Part shown: positions 9,792 to 20,664 of the stretch, one piece after another
Position numbering within the stretch: position 1 is the stretch's first letter
Layout: every line of letters starts with the position of its first letter
Source: Candidatus Bathyarchaeia archaeon
GTDB lineage: Archaea > Thermoproteota > Bathyarchaeia > Bathyarchaeales > Bathycorpusculaceae
Length of the DNA: 64,000 nt
Assembly (NCBI GenBank): GCA_038882655.1
Contig: JAVZNT010000001.1
Coordinates: 96,001 to 160,000, forward strand
Direction: 5' to 3'
Position numbers and translations under genes: made by a program
The notes under the pieces: generated by a model
Databases searched by the model: none
What the model was told of the DNA's origin: nothing
What the model saw: the letters and a program-made list of their open reading frames with translations, nothing else

Positions 9792-10466
9792 TCAGACGAA
9801 ATGTAGGATTTCCTTTAAGTTCTTTATCTTTTTAATGTTCCCATCAACTATTTTGTTTTCTCTGTCAATTAGAAAAGCGTTCAATCCAGCCTTTAATGCG
9901 CCTTCATAATCAATTTCAAATTCGTCTCCAACAAAAACCACTTCACTGGGTTGAAGACCGAGCTTTTTTAAGGCATAATTGAAAATTTCCTTTTCTGGTT
10001 TTGCTTTGCCGGCAACGTCGATGCAAACCTCTACGTCGAAGAAGCCTTTAAGGTTAAGTTTTGAAAGAACCTTTTCCAAATCATATTTAAAAGTGTTTGT
10101 TATTATGCCCATCTTCATTTTTCTTTCCCTAAGCTTCTGCAAAACTTCCGGCACTTCCGGATAAAGCGTTATTTCAGCATATTCCCACCATTCCCTATCA
10201 ATAGCCTCTGCCAATGGTAACGCATCATTTTTTATTCTTAAATAATTGAGAACTATAAGGTTAAGGCTCACCCAAAATTTACTCCCAAACTCCATCATCT
10301 TTTCAACGTCCAATTTTTCTCTCGCTTTCTCCGCCGCCTCACTAATTTTTTCAATAGGCTTGATTGTTCCATACGCTTTAAGGATTTTCTCAAAAACCTT
10401 CGGCGTTGGCTCCGGCTTAACTAACGTTCCACCCATATCAAAAAGAACAGCCCTTATCTTAACCAT
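9792..10466 (-). CDS. HAD-superfamily hydrolase
   Basis: FDMGGTL, KPEKEIF, FVGDEFEID motifs. Confidence 0.88.
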   Translation of the reverse strand: MVKIRAVLFDMGGTLVKPEPTPKVFEKILKAYGTIKPIEKISEAAEKAREKLDVEKMMEFGSKFWVSLNLIVLNYLRIKNDALPLAEAIDREWWEYAEITLYPEVPEVLQKLRERKMKMGIITNTFKYDLEKVLSKLNLKGFFDVEVCIDVAGKAKPEKEIFNYALKKLGLQPSEVVFVGDEFEIDYEGALKAGLNAFLIDRENKIVDGNIKKIKNLKEILHFV

Positions 10467-10658
10467 TATGGAATACCTTCTCGGTCACACGTTTTTGCAT
10501 GTATAATGCTTTAAACTTTATTAATTCTTATAGATTTAACACAATCTTATCACATCAATAATTGCTCTATCAAAACTCACAAGCCTCTATTAGTTACGTT
10601 GCGTGTTTTTATTCATCACTAACATAATTGGTTGTTTGCTTTTCAAGAAAAAAGCGGG

Positions 10659-10894
10659 CTATTGTGGAGGCGGTTGTGGCGCAGTTCTGGGTTTTACCAT
10701 CATTCTCGTAATGAAAGCTATAGCTATGCCTAAGTCTATTGTGATTGTTAGGAAGGCGTATACCAAAATGGTCATGTTATTGTATGCCGCTTGAAGGTTT
10801 TTAAGTTGTTGTTGCAGCGTTTGCATCAAATAGCAGAGTAGAGAAGATAATTAACGTAACCACTGTTAAACAGATTCTCTTCCATTGTTATCAT
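10659..10894 (-). pseudogene. Relic of a secreted, C-terminally anchored protein
   Basis: Minus strand reads signal-like WKRICLTVVTLIIFSTLLFDANAATTT and, in another frame, MQTLQQQLKNLQAAYNNMTILVYAFLTITIDLGIAIAFITRMMVKPRTAPQPPPQ*. Confidence 0.4.
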
Positions 10895-11155
10895 TTTGAT
10901 TCGCCTTTTTATGAAAAATGCTGAACTTTGGATAAAGGACTTATGAATGCTGAATAAAGATTGTAAGCATGTTCCAAAAACCTTTCTTCAATGACTCAAA
11001 ATTAAGCCGCAACATCCAAGAGTAGGTAAGTAGCGCTCTTCAAATCAGAAAGCTTTCACATTTAACTTTTTGGTGTGGGGAAAAGGAAATAAAGAGCAAA
11101 GGATAAAACCAGCAAAAGAGCAGCTTGCTTAATCATCCAATAAAAAGGGTGAAAG

Positions 11156-12652
11156 GTGTTGGAAGCTTCTGTTAAACAGCTTGATGCCTTCTTTAATCCG
11201 AAGTCTGTGGCTGTCGTCGGCGCCACTAAAAAGATAAACAAGGCTGGGCACGTCATATTCAAAAATTTTGTTGAAAACAAGAGAAGAGGGGTTTTTAATG
11301 GGGAGCTTTACCCCGTAAACCCCCACGAAGACTACATTTTAGGCTTTCAGTGTTACCCAAAATTGACAAAAATCTCGGGAAAACTTGAACTCGTCGTCAT
11401 CGTTGTCCCAGCGGAAATCGTGCCAGAAATAATGAAAGACGCCGCAGCCAAAAAGGTTGAGGCTGCTGTTATAATCAGTTCTGGCTTCGGAGAAATTGGA
11501 AACCACGAACTAGAAAGGAAAGTTGTTGAAATTGCGAAAAAGGCGGGGATAAGGGTTCTCGGCCCCAACTGTCTAGGAGTCTACGACTCCAAAACGGGCG
11601 TGGATATGCTATTTCTACCAGAAACAAAGATTTTGACCACTGGTGAGGAGGTTGTTGCAACACCTAGACCAATGAGGGGAAACATAGCCATAGTAACCCA
11701 AAGCGGCGCCTTCGGGGTGGCAGCCCTCGACTATTTGGCTGGCAGACAGATAGGCGTCAGCAAATTTGTAAGTTTCGGGAACAAAAGCGACGTGGACGAG
11801 GCTGAAATGCTCCACTATCTATATTATGACGACGAAACCAAAGTGATACTATTATATGTTGAAGACATTAAGAATGGGAAAACCTTCATAGAGGCGGCCT
11901 CAGAAGTCACAAGGAAAAAGCCTGTAATAGCCCTTAAAGCCGGCAAAACAGAAGCCGGAGCAAGAGCAGCTGCATCCCACACAGGCGCCATGGCTGGCTC
12001 GGATCATATTTACAATGCTGCTTTTGCGCAAACTGGAATTTTAAGGGTTAGGGATATGGAAGAGTTCTTTGACGCAGCGAAAGCTTTTGTTATGCAACCG
12101 CCAGCTGCGGGGAAAAATGTGGCAATAGTAACCGACGCCGGCGGACCGGGAATATTGGCGGCTGACGAATGTGAAACACAAGGACTGATCGTTAAACGGT
12201 TCTCTGAAAAGACTCTTCAAAAATTTGAGAAGCTCAAGCGAGAGGGAAAACTCCCAAAATTCGCAACAAACCTAAACCCTGTTGACGTGACTGGTTCTGC
12301 CACTTCTGAAATGTTCGAGTTGGCAGCCGACATAGTTTTCCAAGACCCGGAAATTCATGGAATACTGCTTCTTGGACTACATCACACGCCAGCACTACAA
12401 GAAGACTATATAGACAGAGTGGCAAAGGTTGTCGGCAAATACGTAAAACCAATCGTCGCATGCGATATAGGTGAAACTGAAATGGCTTTGCATACGCGCT
12501 CCAGATTCGAAAAGCTTGGAATTCCAGCGTACTCCTCCCCAGAAGACGCCGCTAGAGCCATGAGCGCCCTTGCGAAGTATGGATTATACTTGAAAAAGAA
12601 GGGATACTTCAAAGAGTATATACACAACTTCTTCAAAGAAAAACGAAGGTAA
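11156..12652 (+). CDS. acdA: ADP-forming acyl/acetyl-CoA synthetase, alpha subunit
   Basis: SVAVVGAT, GPNCLG, TQSG, AASHTGAMAG (phospho-His), NPVDVTG. Confidence 0.9.
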   Translation: MLEASVKQLDAFFNPKSVAVVGATKKINKAGHVIFKNFVENKRRGVFNGELYPVNPHEDYILGFQCYPKLTKISGKLELVVIVVPAEIVPEIMKDAAAKKVEAAVIISSGFGEIGNHELERKVVEIAKKAGIRVLGPNCLGVYDSKTGVDMLFLPETKILTTGEEVVATPRPMRGNIAIVTQSGAFGVAALDYLAGRQIGVSKFVSFGNKSDVDEAEMLHYLYYDDETKVILLYVEDIKNGKTFIEAASEVTRKKPVIALKAGKTEAGARAAASHTGAMAGSDHIYNAAFAQTGILRVRDMEEFFDAAKAFVMQPPAAGKNVAIVTDAGGPGILAADECETQGLIVKRFSEKTLQKFEKLKREGKLPKFATNLNPVDVTGSATSEMFELAADIVFQDPEIHGILLLGLHHTPALQEDYIDRVAKVVGKYVKPIVACDIGETEMALHTRSRFEKLGIPAYSSPEDAARAMSALAKYGLYLKKKGYFKEYIHNFFKEKRR

Positions 12653-12654
12653 AC

Positions 12655-13077
12655 CTATTCAAGAGCTATCCTAACTTCCACTTCATCGCCGTCTTTAAGC
12701 TTCAACTTTTTCCTCAAATTTGAAGACGCAACAATTTCCAAAACATCGTTTGGATAATTTTCTACGCATGGCAGTACAACGGCGCATGCCACGTCACGCT
12801 CTATGTACGCCTTAAAACATTTTCCACGGCAGTATCCTGTCTTCGGTAAAATCTCTATGGCTTTTGCATTTTCTAACAGCTTTCTAACTTCCACATACTC
12901 TCCGGCTAGTTTCAAGTTTAGCGTTCCCGGACAAGGGACGAAACCAACCTTTTCCTTTATCTGTCGTCTAACCCATGGAAGTACAGTGAAGTATGCACCC
13001 TCTCCAGAACCAGAGAAGATTTTCCCCTTTACGTGAACTGTTCTTGTCGACGCTTTATTTTCTTCAGTCATGAGCAT
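12655..13077 (-). CDS. ribK: CTP-dependent riboflavin kinase
   Basis: SGSGEGAYF, PCPGTLN, LEIVA..NLRKKLKLKDGD. Confidence 0.88.
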   Translation of the reverse strand: MLMTEENKASTRTVHVKGKIFSGSGEGAYFTVLPWVRRQIKEKVGFVPCPGTLNLKLAGEYVEVRKLLENAKAIEILPKTGYCRGKCFKAYIERDVACAVVLPCVENYPNDVLEIVASSNLRKKLKLKDGDEVEVRIALE

Positions 13078-13085
13078 GTTCCAGT

Positions 13086-13463
13086 TTATGCAGTTTTTCC
13101 CTGCTCTTTCAGCCAGTTTGCAATTTTCCGAAACATGGGGTTTGAGGACATGTCTATAACTGGAACAATTATTTTTTCCCTAGTCTCAATTAACGGCTGG
13201 TATTTTGGCATGGGTGCATACCCAACAAAAGTCCAGTAAACCCTCTTATTTTCAACAAGCACCTTCGCAGCAGTTTCAGTAGACGCTGGAAGTGGGAAAT
13301 AAAGGAATACAACACCCTCAGCCCAGTACAAGCCCGCTGTTTTTCCTCCGGCTATTATTGAGGCGAACCTTGCAATATCTTCTGGCGATGCGAAAAAGTT
13401 GCGCTCCATAATAACAATTTCTTTGAAGGGCTCGAATTTGACGTCTACTTCGCCTTCAGCCAT
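13086..13463 (-). CDS. Conserved hypothetical archaeal protein
   Basis: Globular-looking 125 aa ORF from ATG 13463 (LYWAEGVVF, IIVPVIDMS); co-oriented with ribK. Confidence 0.65.
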   Translation of the reverse strand: MAEGEVDVKFEPFKEIVIMERNFFASPEDIARFASIIAGGKTAGLYWAEGVVFLYFPLPASTETAAKVLVENKRVYWTFVGYAPMPKYQPLIETREKIIVPVIDMSSNPMFRKIANWLKEQGKTA

Positions 13464-13585
13464 AACCTTTCGCCTTTCTGATAGTTTGTTAAAGTTCCCT
13501 TTTAATCTTGCCATAAGCCAGAAAAGGTTATAGATCACAAAAGCTAAACCCATCCAATCACAAACACCAAAGGAGGGAACAAAGC

Positions 13586-14665
13586 TTGACTGAAATCCGT
13601 GCGGCAATAGTTGGCGTCGGCAACTCAGCATCAGCTCTAGTCCAAGGAGTAGAATACTACAAAAGCGCAAAAGAAAGCGAGACAGTCCCGGGACTAATGC
13701 ACGTGAACTTTGGTGGATATCACGTTAGAGACATAAAGTTCGTCGCTGCTTTTGACGTGGACAAAAACAAAATTGGAAAGGACTTGGCTGAAGCCATATT
13801 TACAAAGCCGAACTGTTGCGCCAAATTTGCAAATGTGCCACCATTAGGCGTAAAGGTTTTGCCTGGACCAGTTCTTGACGGAGTGGCAAAACACATGAGG
13901 GAACCTTTCAACGTTTATAGCGAAAATGAAGTTAAACCTGCAGACGTTGCAAGCGTCCTAAAAGATTACAAAGCGGAAATTCTCATCAATTATTTGCCTG
14001 TGGGAAGCCACTACGCCACACGTTTTTATGCCCAAGCTGCTTTAGATGCGGGATGCGCCTTCATAAACTGCATACCAGAGTTTATTGCTTCAGACCCGGC
14101 ATGGAGTCGCAAATTTGAGGAGCGATGCCTTCCAGTGGCTGGCGACGACATTAAAAGCCAGCTTGGCGCAACCATACTGCACAGAAACCTTGTGCGGTTA
14201 TGCGTTGACAGAGGCGTAATCGTTGACGAGACATACCAGCTGAACCTAGGTGGGGACACAGACTTCCTAAACATGACTGTTGAAGAACGCCTCAAAACAA
14301 AGCGCATAAGCAAGACAGAAGCCGTTAAAAGCCTAGTGCCCTACGACTTGCCAACTCGCATAGGACCATCAGACTATGTGCCCTTTCTAGGGAACAAAAA
14401 GATATGCTACATATGGCTTAAGGGGAGAAAATTCGGCGACAGACCTTTAACAATAACTGTTAAGCTTGAAGTGGAAGACTCGCCCAACAGTGCCGGAGTA
14501 GTCATAGACATAATAAGGGCTGTAAAACTGGCTTTAGACCGAAAAATAGCCGGACCCCTAATAAGCATATCGTCATATGCTTTCAAACACCCACCAATAC
14601 AGGTACCAGACCCCATTGCAAAAGAATGGGTAGAGGAATACATTAAAGGCAAACGTGAACGCTAA
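13586..14665 (+). CDS. ino1: Myo-inositol-1-phosphate synthase
   Basis: GVGNSASALVQG, GDDIKSQLGAT, QLNLGGDTDFLN, DSPNSAG. Confidence 0.93.
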   Translation: MTEIRAAIVGVGNSASALVQGVEYYKSAKESETVPGLMHVNFGGYHVRDIKFVAAFDVDKNKIGKDLAEAIFTKPNCCAKFANVPPLGVKVLPGPVLDGVAKHMREPFNVYSENEVKPADVASVLKDYKAEILINYLPVGSHYATRFYAQAALDAGCAFINCIPEFIASDPAWSRKFEERCLPVAGDDIKSQLGATILHRNLVRLCVDRGVIVDETYQLNLGGDTDFLNMTVEERLKTKRISKTEAVKSLVPYDLPTRIGPSDYVPFLGNKKICYIWLKGRKFGDRPLTITVKLEVEDSPNSAGVVIDIIRAVKLALDRKIAGPLISISSYAFKHPPIQVPDPIAKEWVEEYIKGKRER

Positions 14666-14671
14666 AATATT

Positions 14672-14926
14672 TTAGCTAAGCTTGTCCAAAAGGGAGAGAA
14701 CACTGAAAATAGCTGAAATCCACCTTAAATAAGCGTTTAAAGCTGCCCGTAAAGCTACAGTGTCCTTCGCCTCAATAGCCAAAACTAGAGAAGCGCCCTC
14801 AATTTTCAAGTCTGCTTTGGAACGGATTGTGGCTGGTTTGGCAGTTTCTGGCATAAGTGCCCAATAAGCTATTTCTAGTTCCTTTTTTGACGGAAGTTTT
14901 AGGCGAACAATTGCATTAGCCTTCAT
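14672..14926 (-). CDS. pcc1: KEOPS complex subunit Pcc1
   Basis: AKDTVALRAALNAYLRW; conserved exosome-operon position. Confidence 0.88.
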   Translation of the reverse strand: MKANAIVRLKLPSKKELEIAYWALMPETAKPATIRSKADLKIEGASLVLAIEAKDTVALRAALNAYLRWISAIFSVLSLLDKLS

Positions 14927-15480
14927 GAACCCGTCAAGTCCCAGATTAAATGGGATATTCTCATTCTAGGGCCTATTTCCACATTCTCCGGAAGAAGTCT
15001 AAAAGTTGCCACCATTTCTCCGCCTGGAATGGGTGTGATTTGCATTATGGCACTGTATTCCTCATATTCATTTTTTCGGGCAACTGTGGGAATACCGAAG
15101 AAATCCGACATAGCCTTCTCCAGCCTTTTAACGTCTTGGGAAGGTTTTGGGGAAACTGCAATAGCGGTGGATTTTATTCTCCTCCCCCTAGGCATTGTTT
15201 GAAATTCTCTGCGGAGTTTTACGCTTCTTAAGTAAATTAGTGGTGGTATCGGTTGCAGTCTGCTGTCCAACTGATAGAGCTCTATTTTTCCAGGTCCGCC
15301 CTTCCAACGGTCGATAACAACCACTTTTTTTGCGCCAAGTTCTAGGGCTTTTGCCGCCACATCTTCAAGGCTTAGTTTTCCACGGTTTATTCTTAAAATG
15401 TTCGGAAACGTATGCGAGAGATCTTTGCAAAAGGTTCTTATACCCTTTGTTGGTCGCCGCGATGTAGTTAAAAGTATCAA
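14923..15480 (-). CDS. Brix-domain ribosome biogenesis protein
   Basis: LLTTSRRPT..IRTF..DL, RGKLSL, GPGKI, GPRMRI. Confidence 0.88.
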   Translation of the reverse strand: MILLTTSRRPTKGIRTFCKDLSHTFPNILRINRGKLSLEDVAAKALELGAKKVVVIDRWKGGPGKIELYQLDSRLQPIPPLIYLRSVKLRREFQTMPRGRRIKSTAIAVSPKPSQDVKRLEKAMSDFFGIPTVARKNEYEEYSAIMQITPIPGGEMVATFRLLPENVEIGPRMRISHLIWDLTGS

Positions 15481-15489
15481 GATTTCAGC

Positions 15490-15798
15490 CTATTCTTCTT
15501 CCGCTGTTGAAGCCTCAACCTCTTCTACTGGAGCCCCCCTAGCAACACGTTTAGCCACTATGCCAAGCTTTGTAGCTGGAGTATAGGCTCCACCGGTGAA
15601 TGTGAAGCCGCATTTACCGCATTTCCAAACGCCGACGCTCTTCCGCTTAACTCTTGGAAGCCCGCATTGAGGACATCTGTGGCTCTTCTTCATTTCGGCA
15701 ACTATTTTTATGTAGCGCTTTCTAACGGTGGCTCCGTATCGGGGTCCCAAACCCCTGGTTGGACCAACCTTCTTTGCTCTTTTACCCATCTTCACCAC
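15490..15798 (-). CDS. rpl37ae: 50S ribosomal protein L37ae
   Basis: GPRYGATVRKR, CPQC...WKCGKCG, FTGGAY. Confidence 0.95.
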   Translation of the reverse strand: MVKMGKRAKKVGPTRGLGPRYGATVRKRYIKIVAEMKKSHRCPQCGLPRVKRKSVGVWKCGKCGFTFTGGAYTPATKLGIVAKRVARGAPVEEVEASTAEEE

Positions 15799-16583
15799 CC
15801 TAACTTCTTCCGAATTTCTGCAGATTTTTCTCCGGCAATCTGGACTGCCTCAAACACTTGTTTAGGTGTGAAGTACCCGCTTCCGCCCTTCTGAACCGCA
15901 CATATATTGCCATTATCGTCTATGGTTATAGTCAGTCTGGCATCCATTATTTGTTCCTCTTCAAGCCAAGGGTCTACGACAAGCCTATCATTTATCTTTG
16001 CAAAGGTAACCGATACTGGATGCTTCTTAATCGGAAGCGCCGTGTATCCAGGCTTAATTTTAATTTCGCCTTCCTCAATTTCGTAGTTAAACATCTTCGT
16101 ATTGAGTAAAGCAGCCATGGCGGCTAATGATGACGCGTCAATCAAGTTTCCATCATGGTTAAGCACATAAATGTCCACAAATATCACAAAGACCTTTTTT
16201 CCTGGCGTTATGCAGAGTTTATCCATTTCTATGGCTTTTGACTCTCTAATTCCTCGGTCAACAACTCTTGCCAACTCTATTGAGTTTTCATCAGGTGGTC
16301 CGGGTTCAAAAGTCGGCGATGCTAGGGGTACAAGTTCGGCGTTTACCGTCAACACTCCCTCACTGGGCGTGTCCGGAAATGGTTCTCCAGTCTCAATTTT
16401 AACTCCAACCATAACCTCTGTTTTTCCAAGAAGAACCCGTGCTGAGCCCTCAGCCCTTTCAATTATTCCCTGTTCCACTTTTATCTCTCTATAGTCGTTT
16501 AAGCCTCTGCCGTCAAGCCTCTTCCCCTTAGCAATTAATTGCCCAATCTGCTTTTGTTTTACGCGTGTAACTATTGTCGACAT
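15792..16583 (-). CDS. rrp42: Exosome subunit Rrp42
   Basis: RLDGR, AEGSARV.LGKT, PGPPDENSIELARVVDRGIRES, HDGNLIDA. Confidence 0.95.
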   Translation of the reverse strand: MSTIVTRVKQKQIGQLIAKGKRLDGRGLNDYREIKVEQGIIERAEGSARVLLGKTEVMVGVKIETGEPFPDTPSEGVLTVNAELVPLASPTFEPGPPDENSIELARVVDRGIRESKAIEMDKLCITPGKKVFVIFVDIYVLNHDGNLIDASSLAAMAALLNTKMFNYEIEEGEIKIKPGYTALPIKKHPVSVTFAKINDRLVVDPWLEEEQIMDARLTITIDDNGNICAVQKGGSGYFTPKQVFEAVQIAGEKSAEIRKKLGW

Positions 16584-17317
16584 TACTCTTCAACCTCCTT
16601 AACGCTGACGTACTTGGCTTTTAAGGCTTCCTTCTGCATTGCATAGATTTTCTTACATCCTTCAATGGCGAGGTTAACAGCCTTCTCAAACTCTTCAGGT
16701 GTCAGGATTCCATCCATCTGAAGAAGTGTCACGACGCCTAAGTTCGGCATATAAGCCACTGGGACATCTGCCGAGCCGACTTTATCCTCAACATCCATCA
16801 AGTCTAAGACTATTGTATCCTCAACTTTTCCGGCAGAACACGCAACCACTAGGTCGCGCATGGGTATGCCAGCGTCAGCCAATGCCAGCGAAGCTGCTGT
16901 TATGCTTGTGCATCTCGTGCTTCCATCAGCCTGCAACACCTCAACAAAAATGTCTATTGCTGTGCGTGGATAGTATTCAACGAAAATAGCCGGCTCAATA
17001 GCTTCTCTAATAACCTTCGACAGTTCTATCTCCCTTCTCGACGGCGCTGGTGATTTGCGTTCTTGAACAGAAAATGGCGCCATATGATAACGGCATCTTA
17101 AAACCATGCGGTCTGGCAAGGCCATATGTTTTGGATGCAGCTCTTTCGGACCATAAACCGCCGCCAAAATTTTGTTTTTCCCCTGTTCAATGTAGGCTGA
17201 ACCATCAGCATTTGATAAAACGCCAACCTCAATTTTTATTGGTCTAAGCTCGTCTGGCTTTCTTCCGTCAAGCCTTAAACCTTTTTTATCAATTAACTTT
17301 TCAGGTTTTTGACTCAT
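16583..17317 (-). CDS. rrp41: Exosome exonuclease Rrp41
   Basis: [30 protein letters not shown]. Confidence 0.95.
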   Translation of the reverse strand: MSQKPEKLIDKKGLRLDGRKPDELRPIKIEVGVLSNADGSAYIEQGKNKILAAVYGPKELHPKHMALPDRMVLRCRYHMAPFSVQERKSPAPSRREIELSKVIREAIEPAIFVEYYPRTAIDIFVEVLQADGSTRCTSITAASLALADAGIPMRDLVVACSAGKVEDTIVLDLMDVEDKVGSADVPVAYMPNLGVVTLLQMDGILTPEEFEKAVNLAIEGCKKIYAMQKEALKAKYVSVKEVEE

Positions 17318-17318
17318 T

Positions 17319-18017
17319 TTAACTACCTCCTCTCTTCTCTTTTTCCTTCTTAATCATCTGGGATATGCGGTCTGTTAATCCGGTCGTGTGGGACTCCTCC
17401 TCAATCTTGCGAATTGCCATCATAGCCAGTTCCTCGTCTTCTAGGCTTTTACCGATGATTAGTATGATCCCATTATGCCCTAATATTATGTGACAACCAG
17501 TTTCCTGTTTTATCATGGATATCATTGAACCCTTTTTACCAATGACGCGGGGGATTTTCGTAGGCGTTATTTTCACTATTTGCCCGCGGGTTATTTTCTC
17601 AAGTCCGGGCTCCACGCTTAATTGTGGATTGTGGGTTCGGTCATAGGAGACTATTTTTGCCACCACAAGGTCTCCAACGTCCAACACCTCTGTCAAGTCA
17701 TTTTTCTGCGGTTTAAATGGCCTGTTAAGCACGTCAGAAGCCCTTAAGATGGCTAAGTAAGGCGCGTTTATGTCAACAGTCCATCCGCTAAATCCAACTT
17801 CGACCACTGTTCCTATAACTGTGTCGCCCACCCTTGGGATATAGAAGGCCCTTAGGGCAACAAGGCTTACCTTTTTGTCCTCGTAATCTACAAGCCCTAT
17901 TCTTGCGGCATAAATTCTGTTGTCCTCTTTATACGTGTTTTCTCCGGCTATGTAGTCGCCTTCAGCAAGCAGGTCGCCGGGAGTCGCAATCTGTCTTCTT
18001 TCAAAAAATGTCGGCAT
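17319..18017 (-). CDS. rrp4: Exosome RNA-binding subunit Rrp4
   Basis: [12 protein letters not shown]1 domain; [15 protein letters not shown] domain. Confidence 0.93.
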   Translation of the reverse strand: MPTFFERRQIATPGDLLAEGDYIAGENTYKEDNRIYAARIGLVDYEDKKVSLVALRAFYIPRVGDTVIGTVVEVGFSGWTVDINAPYLAILRASDVLNRPFKPQKNDLTEVLDVGDLVVAKIVSYDRTHNPQLSVEPGLEKITRGQIVKITPTKIPRVIGKKGSMISMIKQETGCHIILGHNGIILIIGKSLEDEELAMMAIRKIEEESHTTGLTDRISQMIKKEKEKRGGS

Positions 18018-18048
18018 AAAACATACACCCAAACAATTTAACCATAAA

Positions 18049-18738
18049 TTATGATATTACTTTCGCCTCAGCATTTCCCTTCGTTACTTCTCCAATTTTT
18101 TCAAGGAAGGGCCCATAAAGGCCTGCGGGCATTTCAAGAACTCCGTGCCATGAGCCGTCCGCCCGCCATTCCTCACGTTTTATCGTTCCAAAGGCTTTTA
18201 GCGTTCCATAGACTCTCGCCGCGTATTCAGCTGGTATGTGCACGCTGACGGAGATTTGTTCCATTTTTAACGGTAGAATCTGCCTAAGCAACTTTATTAT
18301 CTCTCTTGCTTGCTCTTCAGTTGGCTTGAAAGGGTCTATTGAATAGTGAATCTGCTCCATGGCTTGCTCGATACGCATAGGTGGGTGCGGTAGATTCGTC
18401 CTTGGGTCCACGCACTGCCTTGATATGAAGGCCACTATTTGCCTCCGCTTTTCCTCGATCATTTTTCTGCGCTGTTCCGTTGTAAGCTGCAATGTACCCT
18501 TCTTTATGATTATATCCGCCACTTTAAGAGGGTCTATGGTTCCAAAGGCTTTGCGTACAGCTTCTTCGGAAACTTTTGTGCCTTTATTAGCGTCGGAAAA
18601 AATTGTTTCTGTGACGAGAACGTCTGCTATTGAGGATATTTTGCCCAGACGGTAGTCAAGCGCTTTGTCTGGTTTAACAAGAACCTCGAAATGCTCATTA
18701 TCCTTTGTAATACGTGCAACGGTATATTTTTCACTCAT
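18049..18738 (-). CDS. Ribosome maturation factor SBDS/Sdo1
   Basis: HFEVLV, QLTTEQRR, DPRTNLPHPPMRIE. Confidence 0.93.
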   Translation of the reverse strand: MSEKYTVARITKDNEHFEVLVKPDKALDYRLGKISSIADVLVTETIFSDANKGTKVSEEAVRKAFGTIDPLKVADIIIKKGTLQLTTEQRRKMIEEKRRQIVAFISRQCVDPRTNLPHPPMRIEQAMEQIHYSIDPFKPTEEQAREIIKLLRQILPLKMEQISVSVHIPAEYAARVYGTLKAFGTIKREEWRADGSWHGVLEMPAGLYGPFLEKIGEVTKGNAEAKVIS

Positions 18739-18745
18739 CCCCTCT

Positions 18746-19474
18746 TCACTTGCCTGAAGCAAACTTCTTTACATATCCCTCAACTTTCTCGTCGCTGAGC
18801 ATCTCCATCTTCTTTGTCACTGATGGTATAACAGCAATCTTTATCCTTGGCGGAAGTTGCCTAGCTTCAAGAGCCTTAACTAAACATTTTACTGCGAGCT
18901 TTGTGGTGTCTTCAAGGCTCATGTCCTCGCGGTACTCTTCCTTCAAAATGTTCATTACAGTTTCTCTTCCAGCACCCACAGCTGTGGCTTTATGCCCCTT
19001 GTATGTCCCGCTTGGATGTGTTATGAAAAGGCGATTTCCAGTTTTGTCAACTCCTCCAAATATAAGTGAAACGCCGAAGGGCCTGACGCCAGCGTGTTGC
19101 GTGTAAAGCTGTTGTATGTCGCATATACGTTTAGTCACAACTTCAACATCTATTGGTTCATCATAGGTTAACCGATTACTCTGCGCATAAATCCGCGCTT
19201 GGTCTATCAAAATCCTCGCATCTGAACTTAAACCAACTATGGCTGCACCTATATGCTCGTCTATTCTGAAAATCTTCCATGAAGAACCCGTTTCTTCAAG
19301 AGGCTCAACCGTTTCTTCAGCCCCCAAAACAACACCTTCAGAACATTTTATTCCCAAAATTGTTGCTCCACGGTTAACAAGTTCCATGGCATACTCAACT
19401 TGGAAAAGCCTTCCATCCGGTGAAAAAACCGTTATAGCACGGTCATATGCTCCTGGAGCTGCAAACACAGACAT
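18746..19474 (-). CDS. psmA: Proteasome subunit alpha
   Basis: YDRAITVFSPDGRLFQVEYA, RPFGVSL. Confidence 0.96.
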   Translation of the reverse strand: MSVFAAPGAYDRAITVFSPDGRLFQVEYAMELVNRGATILGIKCSEGVVLGAEETVEPLEETGSSWKIFRIDEHIGAAIVGLSSDARILIDQARIYAQSNRLTYDEPIDVEVVTKRICDIQQLYTQHAGVRPFGVSLIFGGVDKTGNRLFITHPSGTYKGHKATAVGAGRETVMNILKEEYREDMSLEDTTKLAVKCLVKALEARQLPPRIKIAVIPSVTKKMEMLSDEKVEGYVKKFASGK

Positions 19475-19870
19475 CCAACATCAACCTCGCATATCAGTCA
19501 CTAAACACTTGCAGAACATATAACAACTTAACTAAAAACCTTTTCCTATAAGATAATTGTTGTATTAGTTTTCAGCTTTTGGTTGGAGATGTGAGTACGT
19601 TGCGTTAGTTGTTTAAGCTTCAACACCGCTAATCTGCAGCCACTTGAAAAATGCTGAAAAAGGTTAAGTAAAAACCAGCCTTTAGAACAATAGGACTTAT
19701 TGGCGATATTTCTTTTCACTATCAGGCGTTAAATAAACGGTAAACCTAAAATTGACTCTTTTGACCAATTAAAAATTAAAATGCCATTCCGAGCCGCGGA
19801 AAGGCTGATCGCCTCTAGATTTTCGCAAGTTTTAAATGTATCCTAACTTATAAAAATATTCTACTTTTGT

Positions 19871-20149
19871 TTGCTGGAAAGGTCGAATATGGGGCGTCAT
19901 CGCCGTGGTGAAGTTCAGATTCTGATGGATATTCTAACTCTGTCTTTAAAAGGAGTTAAGGCAACTCACTTGATGTATAAGGCTAATCTGAGTTATTCTA
20001 CTCTTTGTAAGTATCTTTCCGTGGCGTTAAAGCAAGATCTAATTAAGAAAATATATGACAATGATGGATCCACTGTTTATTGCATAACTGAGAAGGGCAA
20101 GCTTCTTTTAGAGAGGCTCAAAGATATAAAGTATGTTTTATATTCTTAA
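19871..20149 (+). CDS. Winged helix-turn-helix regulator (archaeal HTH_45-like)
   Basis: ILMDIL...ATHLMYKANLSY...YCITEKG. Confidence 0.82.
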   Translation: MLERSNMGRHRRGEVQILMDILTLSLKGVKATHLMYKANLSYSTLCKYLSVALKQDLIKKIYDNDGSTVYCITEKGKLLLERLKDIKYVLYS

Positions 20150-20152
20150 TGT

Positions 20153-20515
20153 TTAGGTTACCTCACATATCGCTATTTCTTTTAGTCTAGCCTTCAATCG
20201 AACTTTTAACTCCAAATCCTTTGTGGTGTAATTTCCAATAATTATATCCTGTATTGCTATTTCCCTGTACTTGGGGAGAATGATCTCTCCGGTTGGGGGT
20301 CTGCTTTTTTCAATCCTTTTGCTAATATCTAGCAGCCATTCAGGCAGTTTTACTTCTCCAGTTTTGGCGTCATATTTTATAAGGTTACGCTGAGTTAGGT
20401 CTGTTAGGATCAAATGAAGTTTTTCTTTTGGAATCTCTGTTTCCTTAGCTAGCTGCTTAATACTTTTTGTTTTCTGCTCTTCGATGAGCGATAAAAGGTC
20501 TGCAACTGTTAGCAT
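20153..20515 (-). CDS. Putative HTH-containing protein
   Basis: SIKQLAKETEIPKEKLHLILTDL is wHTH-like. Confidence 0.6.
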   Translation of the reverse strand: MLTVADLLSLIEEQKTKSIKQLAKETEIPKEKLHLILTDLTQRNLIKYDAKTGEVKLPEWLLDISKRIEKSRPPTGEIILPKYREIAIQDIIIGNYTTKDLELKVRLKARLKEIAICEVT

Positions 20516-20664
20516 AGGTTTAAATTTATGTTTCGTTGATATTAAGGTTAGGAATTTTTCGTCTATCTAAGCTTAGGAATTTTGTAGAAAAATAGAGGAT
20601 TTGTCTAGACAATTATCCTAGATTTTTCATACTTAACCATTTAAATACATGTTATATCACTTTA

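Noticed and set aside
13464-13670. N-terminal extension of the minus-strand hypothetical ORF
   Set aside because: Overlaps ino1 and the divergent promoter region
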